Positions 62,564 to 64,000 of a DNA stretch of 64,000 bases are shown here, piece after piece (the first letter of the stretch is position 1; each line of letters opens with the position of its first letter). Both the position numbers and the translations under genes were made by a program. The notes beneath the pieces were generated by a model. The model was not told the origin of the DNA. It did no database searches and worked only from the letters and a program-made list of their open reading frames with translations. Source of the stretch: Fistulifera solaris (Eukaryota); the NCBI GenBank assembly GCA_030295235.1, contig AP026148.1, positions 558,001 through 622,000 on the forward strand. Direction: 5' to 3'.

Positions 62564-63792
62564 TCAATTGAGCTTGCATGTAAACAGCACATGTATCTCA
62601 TCATTCGGAACATGCATGTAGGGCGTACGCTCGCACACTAACGAGACGGAATTCACCAAAATCGACGACGGAAACATGGTGGAAAGATTTGAAACCACAT
62701 CACGCCGAAACCGTTCTTGCACTTGATCACAGTTGGTGTTGGGAACTTTGGTGAATCGACAAAACGTCGAATGATTGATTTGAGGCATGGTAAATGTGCT
62801 CGTCATTGATGAAGCTTCTTCCGGGAATTCCTCCATGAAGTCGTCAAAAGCTTTCTCGATACAGTTCCGAATCGATTGCATGCCGCCCGTCGTCTCCTTC
62901 CACAGCAAAATGCCTGCTTTCGAACCCAGTTGTGCCGAATCAATTTCCAAGCGCAAAGGCTTTTGGGGAAACCGATCGTTGCGAATGGCTCGTTCCATGA
63001 TCTGCCTCGCATTCCGTATTATGACATCCTTTTGTGCTTCCGATAGGACTCCCTCGAACGTAAAGGACGAAATGTCGCCACCGTGGTATGTAGTGCGGCA
63101 AACGGATAAAAATACACGGCGGGGCGAGGAGTCGTCTTGTCTAAAAACGACTCTGTCACATCGGCTTCATCAAAACACAATTGCACAGCCGCACAAAATT
63201 GCGCATAGTTTGACAACCACTGTTCTCGTGAAGGAGGCCATCCGGCGACGACGACTAAACCGAAACATGTGTCTGCGGCTGTTGTTGGGTTCTCAATGAG
63301 AGAGACTACCCACGGATCGGGGTGGAATTCTTTCGCGGGTCCATCCCTCGGTGCAATGGCGGTCGTTGTTGTGGGCGGGTCTTTTGCTTTCGATTCAAAC
63401 GTGACTATGTGTCCTTGTTGTTGTAACACCGCAACCGCGGCGGTGGCTTGATCGACGGACACGAGAATATAATCGGTATCGTACGTACTCAGGGCAAAGA
63501 TCGAAATACCGGCATCACTCAGTGGCTTGGCCAAAGACGCCAAAATCCCCGTCCACGAAAAATCCAGGGGTCCTTGAATTTTCAAACAAGTCCAATTGTT
63601 CTGTGTGTCGGGTGTTCCGGGCGGCACGTGGGGACAAACAATGGACAACTCGTCACGGGTGCGCGTCACCGAACAAAAGGAAGCGGATGGCTTTGTCGCC
63701 CAATCAGGTACGGCGGCGTCCGGAGGCAATTTACAAACGGCAAACGAGTCGCTTAAAATAACCAGATTGAGATGCTTGGGCTGGTTTGACAT
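62564..63792 (-). CDS. ACT-domain (CASTOR/ACT_7-like) protein fused to a 2H-phosphoesterase-like domain; frameshift near 63030
   Basis: SVTRTRDELSIVC, GPLDFSWTGILA, ISIFALSTYDTDYILV; then LHTTVATF and, in ORF 62564-62998, INHSTFCRF. Confidence 0.75.
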
Positions 63793-64000
63793 TGTATTAG
63801 AAACAAAGATCAAAGCAAAAATAAAAAATGGATGCGGAAAAAATCGAAAAAAATAAAATAATGCGCTCGACAAGTGCCTGCGGGACTGCAACGAAGTTCA
63901 GTCGCGGAGAAGAGCATTATTTCACCTGAACCCTATCGCGGATCCATTTCCTTTTCCCACCACACACTCGAGTATAATTTTCCTTTCTTTTTATATTCAA

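Overview
Gene-dense eukaryotic DNA, most likely from a pennate diatom (inference from short GT-AG introns, bipartite plastid-targeting presequences and diatom-type hypothetical families). The main structure is a cassette of three divergent paralogous intronless genes (called A, C, B here; about 255 aa each). All three share an RRVxF..V..IP.H..LT.EEKRSLY / LEE..F.N..G.LVHPAH core and a homologous upstream element. The cassette occurs as a head-to-tail array (1-~10000, units of 4362 and 4128 bp), an inverted copy (~21320-25000) and a dispersed C+B copy (~51500-53820), and the copies show mosaic sequence exchange. The rest of the window holds a formate/nitrite transporter, a YbaK-OB-exonuclease fusion, a decaying triplicate of LRR/RNI-like genes, a plastid cyclophilin, a PIP-box WD40-like protein, MYB3R, a mitochondrial carrier, BRAP2, a very large USP9/24/34-type deubiquitinase, TEL2, NOSIP, an ATP-grasp-like protein, a diatom Cys/His-domain gene with its pseudogene, and an ACT-2H fusion. 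Many genes carry 1-bp frameshifts, mostly at homopolymer runs, probably long-read consensus errors. Coordinates of frameshifted or spliced genes are manual reconstructions and family calls are from recognised motifs, not database searches.
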